The translations under genes were made by a program, and so were the position numbers. The notes under the pieces were generated by a model, which was not told the origin of the DNA, did not search any database, and saw only the letters and a program-made list of their open reading frames with translations. DNA of 64,000 bases from Haliotis rufescens (taxonomy: Eukaryota): the NCBI RefSeq assembly GCF_023055435.1, contig NW_025964383.1, positions 36,642,001 to 36,706,000 on the forward strand. Direction: 5' to 3'. Positions 13,901-28,444 of this stretch are shown one piece after another (the first letter of the stretch is position 1; the number at the start of each line of letters is the position of its first letter).

Positions 13901-16900
13901 TGTCTAACCACCTGCAACATCGCCGTTTGTATGGAATGTATGTGTGTGTAACCACCTGCAACATTGCCAACTGTATGGAATGTTCGTGTGTGTAATCACC
14001 TGCAACATCGCCGACTGTATGGAATGTTCGTGTGTGTAATCACCTGCAACATCGCCGACTGTACCGAATGTACGTATGTCTAACCACCTGCAACATCGCC
14101 GACTGTATGAAATGTACGTGTGCAGAACCGCTTGCAACATCACCGACTGTATGGAATGTATGTGTGTGTAACCACCTGCAACATCGCCGACTGTATGGAA
14201 TGTTCGTGTGTGTAATCACCTGCAACATCGCCGACTGTATGGAATGTTCGTGTGTCTAACCACCTGCAATATCGCCGTTTGTATGGAATGTACGTGTGTC
14301 TAACCACCTGCAACATTGCCGTTTCTATGGAATGTACGTGTGTGTAACCAACTGCAACATCTCCGACTGTATGGGATGTATGTGTTTCCAACCACAACCA
14401 ACGTGCGATGTAATTATGAGTAACAACTAGCAACATTTACGATTGTAAGGAATATCTGTGTACGTAAGCACTAGCAACATCGAAGATTGAATGGAATGTG
14501 TCTGTATGTAACCACTAGCAACATCGACGATTGTATGGAATGTGTGTGTATGTAACCACTAGCAATATCGACGATTGCATGAAATGTGTGTGTATGTAAC
14601 CACTAGCAACATCGACGATTGTATGGAATGTGTGTGTATGTAACCACTAGCAACATCGACGATTGTATGGAGTGTGTGTGTATGTAACCACTTGCAACAT
14701 CGACGATTGTATGGAATGTGTGTGTATGTAACCACGTGCAACATCGACGATTGTATGGAATTTGTGTGTATGTAACCACCAGCAACATCGACGATTGTAT
14801 GGAATGTGTGTGCATGTAACCGCTAGCAACATCGACGATTGTATGGAATGTCTCTCCATATAACCACTAGCAACATCGACGATTGTATGGAATGTGTGTG
14901 TATATAACCACTAGCAACATCGACGATTGTATGGAATGTGTATGTATGTAACCACGTGCAACATGGACGATTGTATGGAATGTGTGTGTATGTAACCACT
15001 TGCAACATCGACGATTGTATTGAATGTGTGTGTGTAACCACTTGCAACATGCACGATTTTATGGAATGTGTATACATATAACCACTAGCAACATCGACGA
15101 TTGTATGGAATGTGTGTGCATGTAACCACTAGCAACATCGACGATTGTATGGACTGTGTGTCTATGTAACCACTTGCAACATCGACGATTGAATGGAATG
15201 TGTGTGTATGTAACCACAAGCAACATCGACGATTGTATGGAATGTGTGTGTGTATGTACCCACTAGCAACATCGACGATTGTATGGAATGTGTGTGTATA
15301 ACCACTAGCAACATCGACGATTGTTTGGAATATGTGTGTACGTCAAAACTTGCAACATCGACGATTGTATGCAATTCCTTTGTATGTAAGCACTAGCAAC
15401 ATCGACGATTGTATGGGATGTGTGTGTGCATGTAACCACTAGCAACATCGACGATTCTATGGGATGTGTGTGTGCATGTAACCACTAGCAACATCGACGA
15501 TTGTATGGAATGTGTGTGTGTATGTAACCACTAGCAACATCGACGATTGTATGGAGTGTGTGTGCGTGTATGTAACCACTAGCAACATCGACGATTGTAT
15601 GGGATGTGTGTGTGTATGTAACCACTAGCAACATCGACGATTGTTTGGAATGTGTGTGCGTGTATGTAACCACTAGCAACATCGACGATTGTATGGGATG
15701 TGTGTGTGTATGTAACCACTAGCAACATCGACGATTGTATGGAGTGTGTGTGCGTGTATGTAACCACTAGCAACATCGACGATTGTATGGGATGTGTGTG
15801 TGTATGTAACCACTAGCAACATCGACGATTGTATGGGATGTGTGTGTGTATGTAACCACTAGCAACATCGACGATTGTATGTGATGTGTGTGTGTATGTA
15901 ACCACTAGCAACATCGACGATTGTATGGGATGTGTGTGTGCATGTAACCACTAGCAGCATCGACGATTGTATGGAATGTGTGTGCGTGTATGTAACCTCT
16001 AGCAACATCGACGATTGTATGGGATGTGTGTGTGTATGTAACCACTAGCAACATCGACGATTGCATGGAATGTGTGTTTATGTAACCACTAGCAACATAG
16101 ACGATTGTATGGAGTGTGTGTGTATGTAACCACTAGCAACATGGACGATTGTGTTAATTGTGTGTGTATGTAACCACAAGCAACATCGACGATTGTATGG
16201 AATGTGTGTGTATGTAACCACTTGCAACACCGGCGATTGTATGGCATGTGTGTGTATGTAACCACTAGCAAAATCGTCGATTGTATGGAATATCTGTGTA
16301 TGTAACCACTTTCAACATCGACGATTGTATGCAATGCATTTGTGAGTAACCACTAGCAACATCGACGATTGTATGGAATGTGTGTATGTAACCACTAACA
16401 ACATCGACGATTTTATAGGGCGGATTTGTATGTAACCACTAGCAACATGTACGATTGTATTGAATATGTGTGTATTTAACAACTTGCAACATCGACGATT
16501 GTATGCAATTCATTTGTGAGTAACCACTAGCAACATCGACGATTGTATGGAATGTGTGTGTGCATGTAACCACTAGCAACTTCAACGATTGTATGGAATG
16601 TGTGTGTATGTAACCACTAGCAACATCGACGATTGTATGGAATGTGGGTGTTTGTAACCACTCGCAACATCGACGATTGTATGGAATATGTGTGTATGTA
16701 GCCACTAGCAACATCGACGATTGTATGGGATGTGTGTGTGCATGTAACCACTAGCAACATCGACGATTGTATGGAATATGTGTGTATGTAACCACTTGCA
16801 ACATCGACGATTGTATGCAATGCATGTGTGAGTAACCACTAGAAACATCGACGATTGTATGGAATGTGTGTGTGTGTAACCACTAGCAACATCCACGTTT

Positions 16901-19900
16901 GTATGGAATGTGTGTGTATGTAACCACAAGCAACATCGACGATTGTATGGAATGTGTGTGTATGTAACCACTAACAACATCGACGAATTTATAGGGCGGA
17001 TTTGTAAGTAATCACTAGCAACATGGACGATTGTATGGAATGTATGTGTATGTAACCACTTGCAACATCGACGATTGTATGGAATGTGTGTGTGAATGTA
17101 ACCACTAGCAACATCGACGATTGTATGGAATGTGTATGTATGTAACCACTAGCAACATGGACGATTGTATGGAATGTGTGTGTATGTAACCACTTGCAAC
17201 ATCGACGATTGTATGGAATGTGTGTGCATGTAACCACGTGCAACATCGGCGATTGTATGGAATGTGTGTGTATGTAACCACTAGCAACATCGACGATTAT
17301 ATGGAATGTGTGAGCATGTAACCACTAGCAACATCGACGATTGTGTGGAATGTGTGTGTGTAACCACTTGCAACATGCACGATTTTATGGAATATGTATA
17401 CATATAACCACTAGCAACATCGACGATTGTATGGAATGTGTCTCCATGTAACCACTAGCAACATGGACGAATGTATGGAATGTCTGTGTATGTAACCACT
17501 TGCAACATCGACGATTGTATGGACTGTGTGTCTATGTAACCACTAGCAACATCGACGATTGTATGGAATGTGTATGTATGTTACCACTAGCAACATCGAC
17601 GATTGTATGGAATATGTGTGTGTGTGTAACCACTTGCAACATCCACTATTGTATGCGCTGCATTTGTGAGTATCCACCAGCAACATCGACGATTGTATGG
17701 AATGCATTTGTAAGTAACCACTAGCAACATCGACGATTGTATGGAATGTGTGTGTATGTAACCACTTGCAACATCGACTATTGAATGCGCTGCATTTGTG
17801 AGTTTTCATCTGCAACGTCAATGATTGTATGCGAAGAATGATGCATTTCTGAGTAACCACCTGCAACATCGATGATTGTACGTGATTTATTTGTGAGTAA
17901 TCAAAAGGGAACATCGACGATTTTATGTGATTTATTTGTGAGTAATCACGATTGTATGGAATGTGTCTCCATGTAACGACTTGCAACATCGACGAATGTA
18001 TGGAATGTCTGTGTATGTAACCACTTGCAACTTTAACGATTGTATGGAATATGTGTGTATGTAACCACTAGCAACATCGACGATTGTATAGAATGTGTGT
18101 GTATGTAACCACTAGCAACATCGACGATTGTATGGAATGTGTGTGTGTATAACCACTTGCAACATCCACTATTGTATGCGTTGCATTTGTGAATATCCAC
18201 CAGCAACATCGACGATTGGATGGAATGCATTTGTGAGTAACCATTAGCAACATCGACGATTGTATGGAATGTGTGTGTATGTAACCACTTGCAACATCGA
18301 CTATTGTATGCGATGCATTTGTGAGTAACCATCTGCAACATCGATGATTGTATGCGAGGAATGATGCATTTCTGAGTAACCACCTGCAACATCGATGATT
18401 GTACGTGATTTATTTGTGAGTAATCAAAAGGGAACATCGACGATTTTATGTGATTTCTTTGTGAGTAATCACCTGCAACAACAAGGATTGTATGTGATTT
18501 ATTTGTGAGTAATCACCTGGAACATAGAGGATTGTATGTGATTTATTTGTGAGTAACCACCTGCAACATCTACGAATGTATTCAATTCATTTGAGGGTAT
18601 CCATCTACAAGATCGATGATCATATGTGAAACATTTTTGAGAAATCGCTAGGAACATCGATGATTGTATCGAATGTTTAATGATGTATCCACCTTCAACA
18701 TCGACGATTGAATGCAATGCATTTGTGAGTAGTCACCTGCAATATCGACGATTGAATGCAATGCATTTGTGAGTAGTCACCTGCAATATCGACGATTTTA
18801 TGCAATACATTTGTGAGTAGTCACCTGCAATATCGACGATTTTATGCAATGCATTTGTGAGTAGTCACCTGCAATATCGACGATTTTATGCAATGCATTT
18901 GTGAGTAGTCACCTGCGACAATGATGATTGTGTGCGATGCATTTATGAGTAATAGCTTGCAAACATTGACGATTGAATGCGATGCATTTGTGAGGAACCA
19001 CCTGCAATATCGATGAGTGTATCACTTGTGTGTGTATGTATGATCGATGATTGAATGCGATGCATTTGTTAGTAACAACCTGGAACATCGATGATTGTAT
19101 GGAATGCATTTGTGAGTTATCACCTGGAACATCGATGATTGCATGCAAAGCATTTGTGAGTAAGCACCTGCAACATCGATTATTGTATGCAATGCATTTG
19201 TGAGTAATAGCTGGCAATATATTTGATGGTATGCGATTAATTTGTGGGTAATCACCTGCAACGTCGACATTTGCATGCAATGCATTTGTGAGTAGCTACT
19301 TGCAACATCGACGATTGTATGCAATACATTTGTGACTCATCACCTGCAACAACGACGATTTTTTGCAATGCATTTGTGAGTAACTACTATCAAAGTCGAT
19401 AATTGAATGCGCTGCATTTGTGAGTAACCACCTGCAATATCGACCATTGTATGCGTTTGTGAGTAACCACCTGCAACATCGATGATTTTGTGAAATGCAT
19501 TTGTGAGTAACCACTAGCAACATCGACCATTGTATGCGATGCATTTGTGAGGAACCACCTGCAATATCGATTATTGTATGCATTTGTGAGTAGGAACCTG
19601 CAATATTGATGATTGTGTGCAATGCTTTTGTGAGTAACCACCTGCAATATCGATAATTGTATGCATTTCTGAGTAGGAACCTGCAACATCGATGATTGTG
19701 TGCAATGCATTTGTGAGTAACCACCTGCAACATCAATGATTGTATGTGATCATTTGTGAGTTATCATCTGGAATATCGATGACTGTTTTGATTGAGTGTG
19801 TTTGTTACCACCACCAGCATCGATGATTGCACGCAATACATTTGTGCGTATCACTAGCAAATATCAATGATTGAATTCGATGTATTTGTGAGTAATCACC

Positions 19901-22418
19901 TGCAATAGCGATGATTGTACGCGATACATTTGTGCGTATCACTAGCAAACATCAACGATTGAATGCGATGCATTTGTGAGTAACCACCTGCAACATCAAT
20001 TATTGTATGTGATACATTTGTGAGTAATCACCTGCAATATCGATGACTGTATTGATTGAGTGTGTTTGTAACCACCATAGCATCGATGATTGCACGCGAT
20101 ACATTTGTGCGTATCACTAGCAAATATCAATGATTGAATGCGATGTATTTGTGAGTAATCACCTGCAATATCAACGATTGAATGCGATGCATTTGTGAGT
20201 AACCACCTGCAACATCAATGATTGTATGTGATACATTTGTGAGTAATCACCTGCAATATCGATGACTGTATTGATTGAGTGTGTTTGTAACTACCAGCAG
20301 CATCGATGATTGTACGCGATAAATTTGTGCGTATCACTAGCAAATATCAATGATTGAATGCGATGCATTTGTGAGTAATCACCTGCAATAGCGATGAGTG
20401 TACGCGATACATTTGTGCGTATCACTAGCAAATATCAACGATTGAATGCGATGCATTTGTGAGTAATCACCTGCAATATCGATGATTGTATTAACTGTGT
20501 GCGTATGTGATCACCTACAACATCGATGATTGTATCCGATGCATTTGTGACTAACCACAAGGAACATCGACGAATGGATGCGATGCATTTGTGAGTAACC
20601 ATTAGCAACGTCGATTATTATATTTTATGTTTAATTGTATAACCACCTGCAACATCGACGATTGTATGCGATGCATTATTGAGCAACCACATGAAACATC
20701 GACAATTGTATGCAATGCATTTATGAGTAACCACCTGCAAAATCGATGATTGTATGCAATTTATTTGTGAGTAACAACCTGGAACATCTATGATTGAATG
20801 CAATGCATTTGTGAGTAACCACAAGGAACATCAACGAATGGATGCGATGCATTTGTGAGTAACCACAAGCAGCATCGATTATTGTATTTAATGTTTAATT
20901 GTATAACCACCTGCAACATCGACGATTGTATGCGATGCATTTATGAGTAACCACCTGCAACATCGATGATTGTATACAATGCATTTGTGTGTAATAGCTG
21001 GCAATATATTTGATGGTATGCGATGAATTTGTGAGTAATCACCTGCAACGTCGACATTTGCATGCAATGGATTACTGAGCAACCACATGAAACATCGACA
21101 AGTGTATGCAATGCATTTATGAGTAGCCACCTGCAATATCTATGATTGTATGCAATGCATTTGTGAGTAAGCACATGCAACATCGACGATTGTATGCAAA
21201 GCATTATTGAGAAACCACATGAAACATCGACAATTGTATGCAATGCATTTATGAGTAACCACCTGCAACATCGATGATTGTATGCAATGCATTTGTGTGT
21301 AATAGCTGGCAATATATTTGATGGTATGCGATGAATTTGTGAGTAATCACCTGCAACGTCGACATTTGCATCCAATGCATTTGTGAGTAGCTACTTGCAA
21401 CATCGACGATTGTATGCAATACATTTGTGACTCATCACCTGCAACATCGACGATTTTTTGCAATGCATTTGTGAGTAACTACTATCAAAATCGATAATTG
21501 TATGCGCTGCATTTGTGAGTAACCACTAGCAACATCGACCATTGTATGGGATGCATTTGTGAGGAACCACCTGCAATATCGATTATTGTATGCATTTGTG
21601 AGTAGGAACCTGCAATATTGATGATTGTATGCAATGCTTTTGTGAGTAACCACCTGCAATATCGATTATTGTATGCATTTCTGAGTAGGAACCTGCAACA
21701 TCGATGATTGTATGCAATGCATTTGTGAGTAACCACCTGCAACATCAATGATTGTATGTGATACATTTGTGAGTTGTCATCTGGAATATTGATGACTGTT
21801 TTGATTGAGTGTGTTTGTAACCACCAGCAGCATCGATGATTGTACGCGATACATTTGTGCGTATCACTAGCAAATATCAATGATTGAATGCGATGCATTT
21901 GTGAGTAATCTCCTGCAATAGCGATGATTGTACGCGATACATTTGTGCGCATCACTAGCAAATATCAACGATTGAATGCGATGCATTTGTGAGTAATCAC
22001 CTGCAATATCGATAACTGCATTGATTGAGTGTGTTTGTAACCACCAGAAGCATCGATGATTGTATGCAATGCATTTGTGAGTAACCACCTGCAACATCAA
22101 TGATTGTATGTGATACATTTGTGAGTTGTCATCTGGAATATTGATTACAGTTTTGATTGAGTGTGTTTGTAACCACCTGCAGCATCGATGATTGTACGCG
22201 ATACATTTGTGCGTATCACTAGCAAATATCAATGATTGAATGCGATGCATTTGTGAGTAATCTCCTGCAATAGCGATGATTGTACGCGATACATTTGTGC
22301 GCATCACTAGCAAATATCAACGATTGAATGCGATGCATTTGTGAGTAACCACCTGCAACATCGATGATTGTATGGAATGTTTAATGGTGTAGCTACCTGT
22401 AACATCGACGACTGTATA
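4991..22418. repeat. 17.4-kb satellite array with ~44-bp monomer (gtaaccacctgcaacatcgccgactgtatggaatgtatgtgtgt), three variant domains and higher-order repeats
   Basis: Directly visible; roughly 390-400 monomers by length. Near-identical ORF-track peptides recur at offsets 1452 and 1144. Confidence 0.98.
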
Positions 22419-22419
22419 T

Positions 22420-24830
22420 TACGCATACAACTGGCGGAACGTGTCGTGAGGGTGTCGAATAACTGGCCAAGGAAAAACTTGCTGCAGTTGGTGCAAGAGG
22501 ATCAACACAGACAGCCAGTATCAGCGACAGTGACCTTGTCTGACAAATACGGTCTCAGTGCTAATTCGACACTGGCGGCTACACTTACGGTGATTGTTGA
22601 GGCTGGACTATCTCACAGCAGAGATCTAGATCTAGATCTACCAGACAGCGTTGTGTCGGACAATGTGGAAAATGTGACCAACTCCGTGCCTTCTGTCACT
22701 GTAAGTGTTACAAGTCTTCAACGTGGACTAGCAGAGTTAAAAACACACAGTGCCAACTGATCACGCGGCTGTGGGCTTACCAAATCAACACAGCCATGAA
22801 GCGCCTTCTGATTCTCTGCCACACATTCACTCTGTCGCTCCAGCTCTTAAGATGAAGATCAAAAACAGCAAGTATTGCAACCTTGCTTTGCTGTTATTAC
22901 CCAACCAAGACACCTTTGGCGCAAGAATGACCGAATATGATGACAATGTCTACCAATTGGAAGAGGATCTTAGGTTAAATCATGCACTGACCCTTGCCGA
23001 ATTCACCCAGGCCTTTGGCATATATAAGAACATTCACAGTGACACAAATGATGCAAAACATAAACAGTTGGACGGATATGAACTGTGATTGAAATACATT
23101 GTGTCGAGGCACCGCGCACTTGTTTGCCGCCAGAGTGGCATGTTATGTGAAGCAAGGATGCAGAATTCGATGGGACATGAGGGACACACGTTTGTACGGG
23201 CTGTGCTCTTCGGGTCGACGTTCTAGATCGTGTACCATATGCCACAGCATTACCCATGGTACAGACTTGTGTCCCGAGCGACGTACCGATAAAGTTAGGC
23301 CTAACCTGTTCCTTGACAGAACTCTCATTTCCGATAGGCAGGGGTGACAGACAGAAACGACACCAGGAGAGTTAACGAACGTGAGGTCTGTAATCATTTC
23401 AATCACCAGGGCTGTACAAGAGCGAACTGTGTGTACCTTCATTTGTGTCTCAATTGTTTTCACATACACGTAACTTGTGCAAAGTCTCCCAAGTCTAGAC
23501 GGGATACTCAAGCTTGACTAACCTTCCCGGATATAACTGGCGAAAAGGACGGAGGTACAGTCGCAGTTCATCTCACTCCTATCAATATACAGGCAATACA
23601 GGCAGAACTAGCTTCCATCCCAATCCTCCATTTACAACGTATCTCATCAACGGATTGCAACATGGCTTTGGCCCTTAATGTTGGATATTCCACAGTCCAC
23701 AACAGAATATAAGAACAATCGTAGTGCTACACTTGATCCAGTAGTAATGACAAAGGCAGTGTAGACAGAAGTCCCAACAAAGGGGTATGTAATAGGACCA
23801 TTCCAGCAGGCACCATATCCCGTGTACAGAATTAACCCCTTAGGGATTACTCGGGCAAGAAGAGGTTAATCCTTGATCTGTCAGCCCCACATGACACAGA
23901 CGATACCCCAAGAATCAACGATCTCAATAGTAAGGAATCTGCTTCACTTTCTCACGTGGCCATAGACAATGCTATTGCAGTTATTAAACAGTTGGGACAT
24001 GGTGCACAGATGTGTAAAGTGTACATTACTGACGCGTTCAAACAGATTCCGCTGCACCCCAGGTACTTGCCTTTCTTTGGTTTCCGATGCAATGCTAGCT
24101 ACTACTTCTATACTAGATTGACTTTCGGGTGGAGATCTAGTCCAAAGATATTCAATAGCCTGTCATAAGCCGTGTGCTCGATGTTGCAATACAACTATGG
24201 CGTGGAAAATATTCTGCATCTGACTATTGATCCTCCTGTTATGAAGCTGGTAGAACTGTGGAAGCAATCCTAACCTTGTGACAACATAGCTACTGTGTGT
24301 ATTATCAAAAAGGGTAGATCAAAATGTATGAACATCCTGGCTCTGATGTGGCCCCTCACGTGGCAAGCAGCTACAAATAACTTGATCGTGTGAGCCGAAA
24401 ATGGTCCAAGTGTGCAAAATAACACCGCAGGTGCACTTTCCCGTTTGCAGTTCAGGAAATTCCGAACGCAGAACTCAATCCAACGCCCTGCCCAACCAGC
24501 TCAAAAGTGATGTGGTCCTGAACAGACATTTGGATACCCTGTGGTCAGCAGCTATCAGTCAACACAAAAGAACAGCCTACCCTACAGGTTTCCAGTGCTA
24601 TCTCAAGTTTATATTAAAGTTCAGGTTGTTTACCCACTGGGTGCTAGCAGTGCCCTGCCACCAGTTAATGAAGCTTACCTTCAGGACCTCATTGCTCATT
24701 GCCACGACGTCCTTAAACTCAAACATGACACTGTTAAAACATATCTGGCAGGTATCCGATTCACATATCTGCAAGCCGGCATCAGGACTGTGTTTGATTG
24801 ACTCCATATATTGTACTCATAACTGGATAA
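22420..24830 (+). mobile_element. Decayed tyrosine-recombinase retrotransposon (Ngaro/DIRS-like): gag with zinc fingers, RT, RNase H, YR N-terminus
   Basis: Gag-like LTLAEFTQAFGIYK, C..C...H...CP and CNHFNHQGCTRANCVYLH. RT-like MCKVYITDAFKQIPLHP...LTFGWRSSPKIFN. RNase H CDNIATVCIIKKGRSK. YR N-terminal LKHDTVKTYLAGIR. Frameshifts and stops throughout. Confidence 0.85.
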
Positions 24831-25047
24831 GTTCTTGTAGGGTCTTTGAAACATAATTTAAGTTAAACTGAATAAGATGGTGGAACATGTACTGAACATC
24901 AAGTTAATGGTTCTGCATACCATGCAATGTGTAGTGATAGTATACCGAGTTAAGGGTTTTGAGAAGATATATTGTTTTTGTAAATAGTTACATATTGAAA
25001 ACTTCGATATGACCGAAAAAACTGGTTAGTTGCTATCAGGTGTTACT

Positions 25048-25405
25048 ACTTACATACAACCTCAAGAGAGGATGGTCCCACCACATACACAGGCCCATTC
25101 AGTGCTGAAACAATCAGAATATTTTACTGCCAACACACAACCTGAAGAGAGGATGGCCCCACCAAATACACAGGCCCATTCAGTGCTGAAACAATCAGAA
25201 TATATTACAGCCTACACACAACCTGTAGAGAGGATGGTCCCACCAAATACACAGGCCCGTTCAGTGCTGAAACAATCAGAATATATTGCTGCCTACACAC
25301 AACCTGAAGAGAGGATGGCCCCACCAAATACAAAGGCCCATTCAAAGCTGAAACAATCAGAATATATTACTGTCCTACACACAACCTGAATAGAGGATGG
25401 TTCCA
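25048..25405. repeat. 81-bp minisatellite, ~4.4 copies
   Basis: acaacctgaagagaggatgg...cagaatatattac recurs every 81 bp. Confidence 0.93.
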
Positions 25406-25622
25406 CTGAACACTTAGTCTCATTTAGAGCTGACACAAACGGAATACATAACATTGTACAACTTGATATTGGTGATACTATATTATGTAATGATATCATT
25501 AATATTTAATAAATTAAAACAGTATATTAACAGACGAATCGTTACAGATTCAATATCCACGCAATGAGGTCAACACGCATTAGCAGTAGCTGACGTTCAC
25601 GAACATTGTAAGGAGGACTCAC

Positions 25623-25662
25623 CTTGTAAAGAGGCGAGGTGGTCTTCATCATCGACAATCAT
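25623..25662 (-). CDS. Exon 18, 40 nt, phase 0->1 (MIVDDEDHLASLQ-G)
   Basis: ttccatttggtcag|...CAAG|gtgagt. Phase fits exon 17 and the B30.2 exon. Confidence 0.78.
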
Positions 25663-25761
25663 CTGACCAAATGGAAGAGTGAGTTTAGTGTCTAATGTAC
25701 AAGGAAACACACACATAACATCATTGTATAATATATCTGTGCAACGTGGTCTTACATAATT

Positions 25762-27913
25762 GAGTGAAGACACAAGACACAGAACGAAGATAACACATGT
25801 CACACTAAATACTTCCCACACAGGCAGAGTGAAGACACACATGACACAGGACGAAGATAACACATGTCACACTAAACACTTCCCACACAGGCAGAGTGAA
25901 GACACACATGACACAGGACGAAGATAACACATTTCACACTAAACACTTCCCACACAGGCAGAGTGAAGACACACATGACACAGGACGAAGATAACACATG
26001 TCACACTAAACACTTCCAACACAGGCAGAGTGAAGACACACATGACACAGGACGAAGATAACACATGTCACACTAAACACTTCCCACACAGGCAGAGTGA
26101 AGACACACATGACACAGGACGAAGATAACACATGTCACACTAAACACTTCCCACAAAGGCAGAGTGAAGACACACATGACACAGGACGAAGATAACACAT
26201 GTCACACTAAACACTTCCCACACAGGCAGAGTGAAGACACACATGACACAGGACGAAGATAACACATGTCACACTAAACACTTCCAACACAGGCAGAGTG
26301 AAGACACACGTGACACAGGACGAAGATAACACATGTCACACTAAACACTTCCAACACAGGCAGAGTGAAGACACACATGACACAGGACGAAGATAACACA
26401 TGTCACACTAAACACTTCCAACACAGGCAGAGTGAAGACACACATGACACAGGACGAAGATAACACATGTCACACTAAACACTTCCCACACAGGCAGAGT
26501 GAAGACACACATGACACAGGACGAAGATAACACATGTCACACTAAACACTTCCCACACAGGCAGAGTGAAGACACACATGACACAGGACGAAGATAACAC
26601 ATGTCACACTAAACACTTCCCACACAGGCAGAGTGAAGACACACATGACACAGGACGAAGATAACACATGTCACACTAAACACTTCCCACATAGGCAGAG
26701 TGAAGACACACATGACACAGGACGAAGATAACACATGTCACACTAAACACTTCCCACACAGGCAGAGTGAAGACACACATGACACAGGACGAAGATAACA
26801 CATGTCACACTAAACACTTCCCACACAGGCAGAGTGAAGACACACATGACACAGGACGAAGATAACACATGTCACACTAAACACTTCCCACACAGGCAGA
26901 GTGAAGACACACATGACACAGGACGAAGATAACACATGTCACACTAAACACTTCCCACACAGGCAGAGTGAAGACACACATGACACAGGACGAAGATAAC
27001 ACATGTCACACTAAACACTTCCCACACAGGCAGAGTGAAGACACACATGACACAGGACGAAGATAACACATGTCACACTAAACACTTCCCACACAGGCAG
27101 AGTGAAGACACACATGACACAGGACGAAGATAACACATGTCACACTAAACACTTCCCACACAGGCAGAGTGAAGACACACATGACACAGGACGAAGATAA
27201 CACATGTCACACTAAACACTTCCAACACAGGCAGAGTGAAGACACACATGACACAGGACGAAGATAACACATGTCACACTAAACACTTCCCACACAGGCA
27301 GAGTGAAGACACACATGACACAGGACGAAGATAGCACATGTCACACTAAACACTTCCAACACAGGCAGAGTGAAGACACACATGACACAGGACGAAGATA
27401 ACACTTGTCACACTAAACACTTCCCACACAGGCAGAGTGAAGACACACATGACACAGGACGAAGATAACACTTGTCACACTAAACACTTCCCACACAGGC
27501 AGAGTGAAGACACACATGACACAGGACGAAGATAACACATGTCACACTAAACACTTCCAACACAGGCAGAGTGAAGACACACATGACACAGGACGAAGAT
27601 AACACATGTCACACTAAACACTTCCAACACAGGCAGAGTGAAGACACACATGACACAGGACGAAGATAACACATGTCACACTGAACACTTCCCACATAGG
27701 CAGAGTGAAGACACACATGACACAGGACGAAGATAACACATGTCACACTAAACACTTCCCACACAGGCAGAGTGAAGACACACATGACACAGGACGAAGA
27801 TAACACATGTCACACTAAACACTTCCCACACAGGCAGAGTGAAGACACACATGACACAGGACGAAGATAACACATGTCACACTAAACACTTCCCACACAG
27901 GCAGAGTGAAGAC
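25762..27913. repeat. 67-bp minisatellite, ~32 nearly identical copies
   Basis: Unit gagtgaagacacacatgacacaggacgaagataacacatgtcacactaaacacttcccacacaggca. Confidence 0.97.
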
Positions 27914-28009
27914 ATGGGGAGAAACAGATAATCATTACAACTCTTCTCTCACTCAAACCCGTAAATCAAAGACGATGAACAGGCAGACTAAAGACAGTAA
28001 ATGCAACCC

Positions 28010-28420
28010 GTCTCACAAAGACAGAATATAGAGAGTGAAAACAACATATCTTACACAGACAGAATATAGAGAGTGAATACAACACATCTCACACAGGCAG
28101 AATATAGATTGGGAATACAACACATCTTACACAAGCAGAATATATATAGATGGTGAATACAACACATCTCACACAGGAAGAATATAGATAGTGAATACAG
28201 CACATCTCCCACAGGCAGGATATAGATAGTTCATACAATCCGTCTCCCACAGGCAAAATATAGAGAGTGAATACAACACGTCTCCTACAGGCAGAATATA
28301 GATAGTGAATACAACACATATATCACACAGGCAGAATATAGATAGTGAATAAAACACATGTCACACTGGCTGGATATAGATAGTGAACTCAACACATATA
28401 TCTCATACAGGCAGAATAAA
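28010..28420. repeat. ~38-bp diverged minisatellite
   Basis: cacacaggcagaatatagatagtgaatacaacacatct variants, about 10 copies. Confidence 0.9.
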
Positions 28421-28444
28421 TATGTACACTGCAGTGCTGCATTA

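Noticed and set aside
4751-22313. Dozens of His/Thr/Cys-rich ORFs in the ORF track
   Set aside because: They are translations of the 44-bp satellite in several frames on both strands, with no independent coding signal.
25030-25389. 119-aa repeat protein ORF
   Set aside because: Open only because the 81-bp unit is a multiple of three; antisense within an intron and without splice support.
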